Assembly: GCA_964437465.1 (NCBI GenBank)
Contig: CAYTGI010000001.1
Coordinates: forward strand, 5,614 to 69,613
Direction of reading: 5' to 3'
Length of the DNA: 64,000 bases
Source of the DNA: an uncultured Candidatus Saccharibacteria bacterium
Lineage (GTDB): Bacteria; Patescibacteriota; Dojkabacteria; J137
The translations under genes were made by a program, and so were the position numbers. This document shows positions 27,485-36,734 of the stretch, one piece after another. Numbering within the stretch: position 1 is the stretch's first letter; each line of letters opens with the position of its first letter. The notes under the pieces are model-generated. The model was given only the letters and a program-made list of their open reading frames with translations. It made no database searches and was not told the DNA's origin.

Positions 27485-29911
27485 ATGGAACAGCACGTCT
27501 TAGATTGGTTTAAAAAGTACCACAGGTTAACAAATTACCTAGGAGCATCAATGCTTTATCTAAAAGATAACTTCTTTTTAGAAGAGGAATTAAAACCTGA
27601 GCACATAAAAAATAGAATTCTAGGACACTGGGGAACTGTTCCTGGGTTGAACTTTATGTACGCTGGTCTTAACTATTTAATTAAACAAACTGGACAGGAG
27701 ATGATGTTTATAGGAGGTCCTGGTCACGGAGCTCCGGCTGTTTTAGCTAATGTTTATGTAGAAGGGACACTCGAAGAATATTATCCTAACGTAGCAAGAA
27801 ATCGAGAAGGTTTTGGACAATTATTAAAACTATTTAGCTGGCCAAAAGGGTTTCCTTCTCATACTTATCCTGGAGTACCTGGATCCGTTCATGAGGGCGG
27901 AGAGTTAGGATACTCTTTAGGGACAGCCTTTGGAACAGTATTTGATAATCCACATTTAATGACAGCATGTGTAATTGGAGATGGAGAGGCTGAGACAGGT
28001 CCGTTAGCAGCTAGCTGGCATTCAAATAAATTTATAGACCCAGCAAGTACTGGTGTTGTTTTACCAATTTTACATCTAAACGGTTATAGAATTTCAGGAC
28101 CGACCATTTTTGGAACCATGGATAACGAAGAAGTTTTAAGTTACTTTAGAGGTTTAGGATATAATCCGATTTTAGTTGATCAATATAACTCAGAAGATAT
28201 TTATAACGATTACCTTCAAGCTCTTCATGATGCATACGATAGTATTCAGTATGTAAGGACTGAATGGCAAAATACTGGAAAGAAACCTAACTGGCCAATG
28301 TTAGTTGTTAGAACAATGAAAGGTTGGACTGGTCCTGAATACTTTAAAGGAAAGAAAATTGAAGATCATAATAACTCTCACGGAATTCCTTTAGAAAAAT
28401 GTAAAACAGATATGGATCAGCTAAAAGCAGTTGAAGAATGGTTAAGAAGTTATAACGTAAATGAACTGTTAAATGAAGATAAAACAATAAAAGAGGAGCT
28501 TTATGAATTTGTTCCTGAAGGAGATTTAAGAATGGGTAAGAATAAGCATGCAGTTGGCGGAAATTTGAGGAAAGAGTTAGTTCTTCCTGACTTAGATAAG
28601 TTAAGTATTAAGTTTGATAAGCCAGGATTTGTAGCTGAAAGTTCAATGGAAGTTATGGGTAAGTATTACGAAGAAGTTTTTAAAAATAATGAACAGGAAC
28701 AGAACTTTAGGATTTTTTCTCCAGATGAATCAGAATCAAACAAACTTGGAGAAATGTTTGATATTACTGGAAGAAAGTATGTTTGGCCAACAAGAGACTG
28801 CGATGAATGCATTTCACCAAATGGCCGAGTTATGGAGCTATTAAGTGAGCATGTTCTTCAAGAGTGGATGCAGGGGTATGTTCTTACTGGAAGACACGGG
28901 GTATTAATCTCTTATGAAGCATTCTTAGGAATCATTACAACAATGATTGATCAACATATAAAGTTCATAAAGATTTCAGAGGAGTTTGAATGGAGAAAGC
29001 CTGTCCCTAGTCTGAACTATGTTGCCTCAAGCACAGGCTGGAGGCAGGATCATAATGGATTCTCACACCAGAATCCAACATTGATAAATACATTACTTAC
29101 AAAACAAGCTGACTTTGTAAGTGTATATTTCCCAGCTGATGTAAATACACTTCTTGCGACCCTTGATGATTGTCTACTTAGAACTAATAATGTAAATCTA
29201 ATAATTTCAGGTAAGAGAGATTTACCTCAATGGTTGAGTATGGATGAAGCTCGTGAGCATGTTAAAAACGGAATTAGTAGATGGGACTTCGTAGGCAATG
29301 TAAAAAATGATCATGAAAATACTCCAGATGTAGTATTAGCTTCTTGCGGGGACTACCAAACTCAAGAGACAATCGCTGCAGCACAAATACTAAGAGAGGA
29401 TCTGCCTGAACTTACATTTCAATATGTAAACGTAAATGAAATTACGAGATTAGGTTTAGGAGATGAACATAATCCATTAATGACGACGCAAGATTATGAA
29501 AAATACTTCACTCATGATAGAGATGTTATTTTCAATTTTCATGGTTATCCAGATGCAATAAAGCAACTTACCTGGGGAAGAAAGATATCAGAACAGTTAG
29601 TTATTCTAGGTTATATAGAAAAGGGAACAACAACAACACCTTTTGATATGCAAGTAGTTAATAAAGCAAGTAGATATCATGTAGCAATGCAAGCAATTCT
29701 TTCTGCTGCTAGATTTAATAATGATGTTGCTGCAAGAGAGGTGGAACTAATAAAAAAGTATACCGAAATTTTAAAGAAGCATTCTGAGTATATAGTTGAG
29801 TATGGGGATGACATGCCAGAAGTTAAGGATTTTAAGTATAAGCTTGGCCAATGCAGTTTTCTAAAATTTTTGAAGGTAGATATGAGTTTGGATTTAATCC
29901 TCCAGTCCTAG
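27485..29911 (+). CDS. xfp: Phosphoketolase (Xfp family)
   Basis: GHWGT.PG, GPGHG, HEGGELGY, GDGEAETGPLA, LSEH, SYEAF, QDHNGFSHQ and TTTPFDM motifs. Confidence 0.97.
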   Translation: MEQHVLDWFKKYHRLTNYLGASMLYLKDNFFLEEELKPEHIKNRILGHWGTVPGLNFMYAGLNYLIKQTGQEMMFIGGPGHGAPAVLANVYVEGTLEEYYPNVARNREGFGQLLKLFSWPKGFPSHTYPGVPGSVHEGGELGYSLGTAFGTVFDNPHLMTACVIGDGEAETGPLAASWHSNKFIDPASTGVVLPILHLNGYRISGPTIFGTMDNEEVLSYFRGLGYNPILVDQYNSEDIYNDYLQALHDAYDSIQYVRTEWQNTGKKPNWPMLVVRTMKGWTGPEYFKGKKIEDHNNSHGIPLEKCKTDMDQLKAVEEWLRSYNVNELLNEDKTIKEELYEFVPEGDLRMGKNKHAVGGNLRKELVLPDLDKLSIKFDKPGFVAESSMEVMGKYYEEVFKNNEQEQNFRIFSPDESESNKLGEMFDITGRKYVWPTRDCDECISPNGRVMELLSEHVLQEWMQGYVLTGRHGVLISYEAFLGIITTMIDQHIKFIKISEEFEWRKPVPSLNYVASSTGWRQDHNGFSHQNPTLINTLLTKQADFVSVYFPADVNTLLATLDDCLLRTNNVNLIISGKRDLPQWLSMDEAREHVKNGISRWDFVGNVKNDHENTPDVVLASCGDYQTQETIAAAQILREDLPELTFQYVNVNEITRLGLGDEHNPLMTTQDYEKYFTHDRDVIFNFHGYPDAIKQLTWGRKISEQLVILGYIEKGTTTTPFDMQVVNKASRYHVAMQAILSAARFNNDVAAREVELIKKYTEILKKHSEYIVEYGDDMPEVKDFKYKLGQCSFLKFLKVDMSLDLILQS

Positions 29912-30323
29912 CAAAATTTTCATAAAGCTCTAAACTCATCCACTTATAATCAGCGTGGTTATCCTCTAAGTCTCCTGATTCTCTTAAAGTCTTATTGATT
30001 TGGGGTACAACTGGAGCTGTTAAAGTGGCACAGAAAAAGGTCACATCTCTTTCATACTCTAAATTATCAAACTTGAAACAGTAAGCGTATGAATAATCAA
30101 TTTTAATTAGTTCATCAGACTGATAGATGATTTGAGTTTCTTCATAGAGCTCTCTAGAAGCAGCTTTACTAAGAATTTGATCTGTGAGACTATATGCATT
30201 AGAATCTACCTTACCACCAGGGAATTCAAATGCATTAGGATTTTTTGAGTTTTGTCCTTTCTGTAATAGCAACAATAAGTTATTGTAGACTATAATAGTT
30301 CTAACAGTTTGTACTGAATTCAT
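29832..30323 (-). CDS. Nudix hydrolase
   Basis: FEFPGGKVD...A.RELYEET Nudix box with an insertion; start taken as ATG 30323. Confidence 0.85.
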   Translation of the reverse strand: MNSVQTVRTIIVYNNLLLLLQKGQNSKNPNAFEFPGGKVDSNAYSLTDQILSKAASRELYEETQIIYQSDELIKIDYSYAYCFKFDNLEYERDVTFFCATLTAPVVPQINKTLRESGDLEDNHADYKWMSLELYENFARTGGLNPNSYLPSKILENCIGQAYT

Positions 30324-30335
30324 AGTAATAAATAC

Positions 30336-31808
30336 ATGAACGAGTTTATCATACAAGAAATAAGAAGTATTGACGAATTAATAGAAATTTTGAAAAAAAA
30401 TTCTATTGATTATGACTATGATCTAATTAATAGATCATATGAGTTTGCCTGCTCTAAACATTCTCAACAGAAAAGACTAACAGGGGATGATTTTGTTATT
30501 CATTTACTTACAGTTGCAGGATATATCGGTAGATTAAAACTAGATACTGTCTCAGTTTGTGCAGCTTTATTACACGATGTACTTGAAAAAGCAGAGTGCG
30601 ATATTGATGAATTAGATAAGGAATTTGGAACTGAAATAGCATTTATTGTTGAAGGTCTAAGTAAAATGAGGGATTACTCTAAGAAATTTGACAAAAATGA
30701 AAAACAGGAAGAGTTTACTAACCTGATTTTTAATTCTTCTGAGGATATTAGAATAATAATTATTAGATTAGCTGAAAAGCTTCATAACATAGTAACGATT
30801 GATCTAGTAGATGACAAAGTCAGGCAAAATGCTGCTAGAAAAGCTCTTTACATTTACGCACCTCTTGCAGAATATTTAGGCTTGGGAGTTATTCAAAGAT
30901 TATTAGAAGATTATTCTTTTAAAGTTATTCATCCAAAAGAATATGATGAGATAGAGAAATCTAAAGAAGCATTTTTTAAATCTAAGCAGAATGTTATTAA
31001 CGAATTTGAGGAAGAGATAAGAGAGTTATTAAGCGAATACAATATAAATAAGTATGAAATTTATTCAAGAGAAAAAGGCACATTTAGTGCATATAAAAAG
31101 CTAAAGAATAAATATAAATATATAGAGAAAGGAGAGAGTGTTTCAGATGCAATAAAAAATCATCTCAAAGATATTTATGCAGCTAGGATTATTGTTAACG
31201 ATATTGAAAGCTGCTATATAGTTTTAGGATTGATACAAGCCAACTTTGATACCTTACAAGAAGAGTTTACTGATTACATTGCTCATCCTAAAGATAATGG
31301 ATATAAATCAATTCATGTTTTATTTAAATTTCAAGATATTGTATTAGAGGTTCAGATACGAACTTATGAAATGCACGAACATGCAGAATTTGGCCCAGCT
31401 TCTCACATTGCTTATAAACTACAAAATAAAAATTCAAGTTCGATGACTTGGACGAAAGATCTTGTTGGCTGGAAAGAGAAGACATCACTAAAAAAAGAAG
31501 ACTTTAAGTTAAAAGCATTTCAAAACAGTATTTTTTGTTTTACACCGAAAGGTATGGTTATCTCACTGCCGAAAGATGCATCTCCTATAGACTTTGCTTA
31601 TAGAGTTCATACTGACGTTGGTGACAGGTATAATGGAGCCCTAGTAAACAATAAAATGGTAAGCATGGATCACAAGCTTCAAACTGGAGATATTGTAGAG
31701 ATTAAGACAAAAAAAGATATCAATGTAAGAAGAGATTGGTTAAACCATGCAAAAAGCACTTCAACTAGGGCTAGAATTAGAAGAAGGATAAGAACAAACA
31801 AAAAGTAG
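30336..31808 (+). CDS. RelA/SpoT homolog (HD-SYNTH-TGS, C-terminally short)
   Basis: LLHD, YAPLA..LG, DYIA.PK.NGY.SIH, EVQIRT..MH..AE.G, FTPKG and DFAY.VHT motifs; ends shortly after TGS. Confidence 0.92.
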   Translation: MNEFIIQEIRSIDELIEILKKNSIDYDYDLINRSYEFACSKHSQQKRLTGDDFVIHLLTVAGYIGRLKLDTVSVCAALLHDVLEKAECDIDELDKEFGTEIAFIVEGLSKMRDYSKKFDKNEKQEEFTNLIFNSSEDIRIIIIRLAEKLHNIVTIDLVDDKVRQNAARKALYIYAPLAEYLGLGVIQRLLEDYSFKVIHPKEYDEIEKSKEAFFKSKQNVINEFEEEIRELLSEYNINKYEIYSREKGTFSAYKKLKNKYKYIEKGESVSDAIKNHLKDIYAARIIVNDIESCYIVLGLIQANFDTLQEEFTDYIAHPKDNGYKSIHVLFKFQDIVLEVQIRTYEMHEHAEFGPASHIAYKLQNKNSSSMTWTKDLVGWKEKTSLKKEDFKLKAFQNSIFCFTPKGMVISLPKDASPIDFAYRVHTDVGDRYNGALVNNKMVSMDHKLQTGDIVEIKTKKDINVRRDWLNHAKSTSTRARIRRRIRTNKK

Positions 31809-31825
31809 GAGCTTAATGCCCCTAC
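31805..31825. terminator. Candidate hairpin between convergent genes
   Basis: gtaggagc-ttaat-gcccctac imperfect stem at the RSH stop. Confidence 0.4.
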
Positions 31826-31844
31826 CTTCTAAAAACCTTAATCT

Positions 31845-33008
31845 TTATTTTTTCTTATCTGGATTTTTAGTCTTTTTTTCAGATTTCTCCTTAGGCTTAT
31901 TATAAAGAGCATTGTATTTATTCATAACTATTGCGCCTAATCCCCAGAGTGAGATTCCAAAGGTAATTATTCCAATTAAACCTCCTAGTACTGGTAAGAA
32001 TGCTAATAAACCTAATAAAAGATCAACTATAACAACACCAACAATTAATGTTAATAGTCTTCCTGGATTATCTCTACCTAATCTTTTTAATGCCATTCGA
32101 CCAATCATATACTTTCCGTATATTGATCCAAACATGAAAGCTATAACTCCAAGAAGCATTAATACGAATAATAATCTAATTCCAACTACAGAAATTAGAA
32201 GTAATATAGCTGCAATAAATCCTACTACAAATGTCAAACAACCAACTCCAACTGAGTTCCATGGTGATTTTTGCATTGTTTCAAGAGTCTTTTCACTAAA
32301 TGTTGGGAATACTCTTAGTATGAAGTATCCAGAAATTACAGTTCCGATCAACATCAATATAGCCCATACAACAGCAAATAATGTAAACCCTACAACTAAG
32401 CCTGTTATTGCTGAGTTAAATGTATTTGAAGAGAAAGGCAAGTCCATACTACTTGCTTCCTCTAAAGTAGTAGGGTTATTAGTAGCTCTTTCCTCAATAT
32501 TCCATCCATCTGCATCAATTTCACCTCTAACATCTGAGTTTTGACTAATAGAGATCTGACCTCCTGCAGCTAGAATATCTCCAGCAACCACTTCAGAGTT
32601 AATAAAAATTGCACCACCAAATGCTCTAACATCTCCTAAAACATCACCATTCAGAACAAGGGTTCCACCAGCGAATAGAATATCACCATTTACTTCACCG
32701 TTAATCTCAACAGCACCTCCAGCAACAATGATGTTATCAAGAACATCACCGTTAAGAACAAGCTCACCACCTGCATAAATTAGGTCGTTAGCTATATCTT
32801 CTTCAATTACATCATCTTCTCCAGTAACATATAAAGATCCAGATGTAGTTGATTTTGCCTCTTCGTAATCAGAGAGATCTATCGAATTAGTTTCCTCGGT
32901 TTCTTCAGGAGTAACTTGTGATCCTTCTTGGGCACTTATAGTTAGTGGTAAAAGAAAAGAGAAACTAAAAAATAAAAATAGAAAAGAAAGAAATTTCTTA
33001 CGAATCAT
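31845..33008 (-). CDS. Bactofilin-like beta-helix membrane protein
   Basis: Signal peptide, repeated D...AGG...I/LNG.V units, then about 5 TM segments. Confidence 0.75.
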   Translation of the reverse strand: MIRKKFLSFLFLFFSFSFLLPLTISAQEGSQVTPEETEETNSIDLSDYEEAKSTTSGSLYVTGEDDVIEEDIANDLIYAGGELVLNGDVLDNIIVAGGAVEINGEVNGDILFAGGTLVLNGDVLGDVRAFGGAIFINSEVVAGDILAAGGQISISQNSDVRGEIDADGWNIEERATNNPTTLEEASSMDLPFSSNTFNSAITGLVVGFTLFAVVWAILMLIGTVISGYFILRVFPTFSEKTLETMQKSPWNSVGVGCLTFVVGFIAAILLLISVVGIRLLFVLMLLGVIAFMFGSIYGKYMIGRMALKRLGRDNPGRLLTLIVGVVIVDLLLGLLAFLPVLGGLIGIITFGISLWGLGAIVMNKYNALYNKPKEKSEKKTKNPDKKK

Positions 33009-33077
33009 GTAAGTATAAATAATATCTAATTAAAGAAATGATAAACCCATAGGGAAAATCTTTCAAGAAAGTATTTA

Positions 33078-36000
33078 TTAAAGGAATTTAGAAATAATTG
33101 TTACAGAATGCTCATCATCAATATTTAAGATTCTTTCAATTGTTTTGCTATTACTGTTAGAGCCATATTTAATTCTCACTTTTATCGCAGATTTTGAATT
33201 ATTGTTTTCGTCAAAACAGCGTTTTAACTCTTTAAGCTTTTCTTCTTCTCTTATCTTTGTTATGTCAACCTCTAATGTTTTTGGTGGAACTAATAAGTTA
33301 GCTGGTTCAATTTTATCTACAATAATTGATTTCTCATCGTCCCTTTGGTTTACTGTACCTTCAATTATAAAAGGCCTAGCTTCAGCTACTAGTTCTAAAT
33401 CATTCAACTCTTTAAATGTTTTTGGAAACATTACCGCTTGGCAAGTACTCTCTAAATCTTCAATTTTTAGAATTGCCATCTGTTCGTTTTTAGCTTTAGT
33501 TCTTACGATTTTAATATTGCTAAACATACCTAGAATTTTTACTTTCTCACCAGACTTCTTATCATTAATTTCTGAAGTTTTAGTTAACGCATCTAGCAAA
33601 GAAGCCCATGTGAAATTTTGAAGAGGGTGAGTTGAAACAAACACTCCCATTAGATCTTTCTCCCACCCAACCTTTTCCTTATCAGTAGCTGGAATAAAAG
33701 AGGGAAATATTGTTTTCTCGATATTATTAGAACCATCATGTTCTGTACCAACATTAAATAACCCAGCCTGTCCTATTTCTTCAGCTTTTTCATTTTTGCT
33801 GACCTTTTCAAAAACCTCTTGAATGATTAGTAACAATCCATTTCTATCTCCAAACTCGTCTAGAGCACCAGCTTTAATTAAACATTCTACAGTACGTTTG
33901 TTTAGGTTTTTTGTTCCAACTCGATTAACGAAATCGTCAAAATGTTTAAAACTTCCGTTTTTATTTCTTTCATTAATTATTTTTTCACATACTTTTCTAC
34001 CTACGTTTTTAATAGCTCCAAGTCCAAATCGAATTCCATCGTCACCTTCAGGATTAAAGTAAACATCAGACTCATTAATGCTTGGTGGAAGGACTTTATA
34101 GCCAAGTCTTTTTGCCTCACCAATATCAACAACTATACGGTCAGTATTTTCAAGATCGGCATGCATTAAAGCAGTCATGAACTCAAGGGGATAATTACCT
34201 TTAAGATACGCACACCAATAAGCAACAGCAGCATAACTAGAAGCGTGTGCTTTGTTAAATCCATAAGAAGCAAAAGGTTCGAGTTGCTTCCAAATCTCAC
34301 TAGCTATCTCTTCTCCATACTGAGGGTAGTTTTCGACAAAATATTTTTTAAAATCTCCCTCTTTTTGCTTAAGAATATCTAGCTGTTTTTTCTTTAAAGC
34401 ATTTCGAATGACATCTCCTTCTCCAAGAGTAAATCCACCTAGTTTCATACAGATTTGAAGAAGTTGTTCCTGATAAACTGGATAACCTAAAGTGGCCTTT
34501 AGAATTGGTTCAAGTTCAGGAATTAGGTAATCAGCCTCTTTATTACCGTTCTTAATCTTAATGTAGTCAGGGATGTAAGCCATCGGTCCAGGCCTATAAG
34601 CAGCAGCCATAAAACATATATCCCCCATTGTTGTTGGTTGTAATTCCATTAGATACTTTTGCATAGGTGGAGACTCAAATTGAAATACACCTATAGTTTC
34701 TCCGTTTCTAAAAACATCCATTGCTTTTTGATCATAGACCTCGGGTGGTTCATCTGGGTTAACGTTAATTGTCGATAGATCTATTTTTTTACCATGTCTT
34801 TTCTCAACATATAAAATGCAGTCTTTTAAAATCGTAAGCGTTCTTAGACCAAGAAAATCAAATTTCATATAATCTAATTTATCTACCCACGTTCCGTCCA
34901 TCTGAGTAACAAGAAGATTTGGATCTTTTGTATCTTTTTGATAGGCCATAAAGTCATCAATTGGTCCTGGAGTAATTAAATATCCAGCAGCGTGAACTCC
35001 TGTATGTCTATTCAAGCCTTCAATTTTTTTAACAGTTTCTCCTAGTTTTTGAAGCCTAGGATCAGCATCAACCATTGCTTTAAATTCTGGATCAGTCTCC
35101 ATCATCTTCTCAAAAGTGAATGGTTTTCCAAAAAGGACTGTAACTTTTTTTGATAGTTTATCTGCAAGAGCTAAATCAATTCCCATAACCCTAGCTACAT
35201 CTCTAATCGCAGCTTTAGTTGCTAGTTTTCCAAAAGTTATTATTCCAGCAACAGCATCCTCACCATATTTTTCCCTTGCATAATCAATTAATTCTTCTCG
35301 CCTATCGTCCTGAATATCCATATCAATATCTGGTGGAGAAGCACGTTCTAAATTCAGGAATCTTTCAAAAACAAGCCCCCATTTTATTGGATCAACATTT
35401 GTAATCTCTAGGCAATATGAAGCTAAACTTCCTGCAGCACTACCTCTAACACCAACAACAATCTCTTGTTTTCTTGCATACTGCATTAGATCTCCAACTA
35501 CAAGAAAGTAATCGTTATATCCCATCTTATCTATAACCATAAGCTCGTATTCTAGTTGTTTTGTTATATCTTCAGGTAGTTCTTTCTTAATCTTTTTTAT
35601 TGATGGAATTTCACCATTTCCACAATATTTCTTGAATGCACCTTCATAAGTCTGCTTCTCAAGCTCTTCTTTAGCAGTTGAATCTTTAGGTAGATTCCAG
35701 TAATGAGGTTGAACTCGATCTGGCTTAAGACTTATCTTTTCAATTTTTTCACTAACCTTAAGTGTTTCTTCTAAAACTTCAGGAATATCAGCAAAATCCT
35801 CTTTTAATTCTTCTGGGGTTTTGATGTAAGTTTCAACATAACCATTCATTCCGCTTGGATCATCTATCATCTTTCCATCTCGAATACAGAATAAAACTTT
35901 CTGAGTCTCTTTATCATCAGCATTTAGAAAGTGTGCGTCAGTAGTAGCAATAATAGGGATATTATATTTCTTTGAATAGTCGTAAAGCTTTTTATTAACT

Positions 36001-36629
36001 TTGACCTGTTGTTTTAATGTTTCTAATTGTTCATCTTGTTCGCCAACTGGTAATGAATTTATAAGATTCGTGTCGAGTTCATCCTCGCATCTAATTCCAT
36101 TTCTCTGAATTTCAAGATAAAAGTCGTCTTTAAATAAACCATGTAGTTCTTTTAACCACCATTCAGCTTTTTCGTATTCACCTCTAGTAATGTGCCTAGA
36201 AAGCGGTCCTGCTAGACAAGCAGAAGTACAGATTAATCCTTCCGAATGTTTTTTAAGTAAACTTAAATCAATTCTAGGTTTATAGTACATCCCCTCAAGA
36301 TGCGAACGAGTTACTAACTTCACTAGATTTCTATATCCAACGCTGTTCTTAGCAATTAGAAGTAAATGGTAATATCTAATGCCATCAACATCAGATCTTA
36401 ATGTCATATCCTTAGGGGCTAAGTACATTTCACAACCGATAATTGGCTTAACATCAAAATCTTTCGACATCTTCCAAAATTCGGGAACTCCGTATAAAAC
36501 ACCATGATCAGTTATTGCAACAGCATCCATTCCATTCTCCTTAACTTTTTCAAAAAGTTTATCAGTACGATTAAGCCCATCTAGAAGGGAATACTGTGTA
36601 TGTACATGAAGGTGAACAAAATCAGCCAT
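33078..36629 (-). CDS. dnaE: DNA polymerase III alpha subunit
   Basis: HLHVHTQYSLLDG PHP domain, RGSAAGS, FERFLN.ER...PDIDMD, KFDFLGL and YGFNKAH motifs; OB fold. Confidence 0.99.
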   Translation of the reverse strand: MADFVHLHVHTQYSLLDGLNRTDKLFEKVKENGMDAVAITDHGVLYGVPEFWKMSKDFDVKPIIGCEMYLAPKDMTLRSDVDGIRYYHLLLIAKNSVGYRNLVKLVTRSHLEGMYYKPRIDLSLLKKHSEGLICTSACLAGPLSRHITRGEYEKAEWWLKELHGLFKDDFYLEIQRNGIRCEDELDTNLINSLPVGEQDEQLETLKQQVKVNKKLYDYSKKYNIPIIATTDAHFLNADDKETQKVLFCIRDGKMIDDPSGMNGYVETYIKTPEELKEDFADIPEVLEETLKVSEKIEKISLKPDRVQPHYWNLPKDSTAKEELEKQTYEGAFKKYCGNGEIPSIKKIKKELPEDITKQLEYELMVIDKMGYNDYFLVVGDLMQYARKQEIVVGVRGSAAGSLASYCLEITNVDPIKWGLVFERFLNLERASPPDIDMDIQDDRREELIDYAREKYGEDAVAGIITFGKLATKAAIRDVARVMGIDLALADKLSKKVTVLFGKPFTFEKMMETDPEFKAMVDADPRLQKLGETVKKIEGLNRHTGVHAAGYLITPGPIDDFMAYQKDTKDPNLLVTQMDGTWVDKLDYMKFDFLGLRTLTILKDCILYVEKRHGKKIDLSTINVNPDEPPEVYDQKAMDVFRNGETIGVFQFESPPMQKYLMELQPTTMGDICFMAAAYRPGPMAYIPDYIKIKNGNKEADYLIPELEPILKATLGYPVYQEQLLQICMKLGGFTLGEGDVIRNALKKKQLDILKQKEGDFKKYFVENYPQYGEEIASEIWKQLEPFASYGFNKAHASSYAAVAYWCAYLKGNYPLEFMTALMHADLENTDRIVVDIGEAKRLGYKVLPPSINESDVYFNPEGDDGIRFGLGAIKNVGRKVCEKIINERNKNGSFKHFDDFVNRVGTKNLNKRTVECLIKAGALDEFGDRNGLLLIIQEVFEKVSKNEKAEEIGQAGLFNVGTEHDGSNNIEKTIFPSFIPATDKEKVGWEKDLMGVFVSTHPLQNFTWASLLDALTKTSEINDKKSGEKVKILGMFSNIKIVRTKAKNEQMAILKIEDLESTCQAVMFPKTFKELNDLELVAEARPFIIEGTVNQRDDEKSIIVDKIEPANLLVPPKTLEVDITKIREEEKLKELKRCFDENNNSKSAIKVRIKYGSNSNSKTIERILNIDDEHSVTIISKFL

Positions 36630-36734
36630 TAGTTAGAAAATTTTTCTGTAAGTTTGGTTATTTTTACACAAAGATATTGAATTATCAATTTGGAATTAAT
36701 TAATAATTATTAATTAAAAAATTATTAATTAATA

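Noticed and set aside
31912-32544. 210-aa plus-strand ORF
   Set aside because: Antisense shadow of the hydrophobic membrane-protein gene.
33145-35404. Several plus-strand ORFs inside dnaE
   Set aside because: Antisense shadows with no motifs; the same applies to 8150, 10877, 36862, 40203, 42043, 51743 and 54210.
33078-36629. Intein in DnaE
   Set aside because: Length (1183 aa) is normal and no splice-junction or LAGLIDADG motifs were seen.
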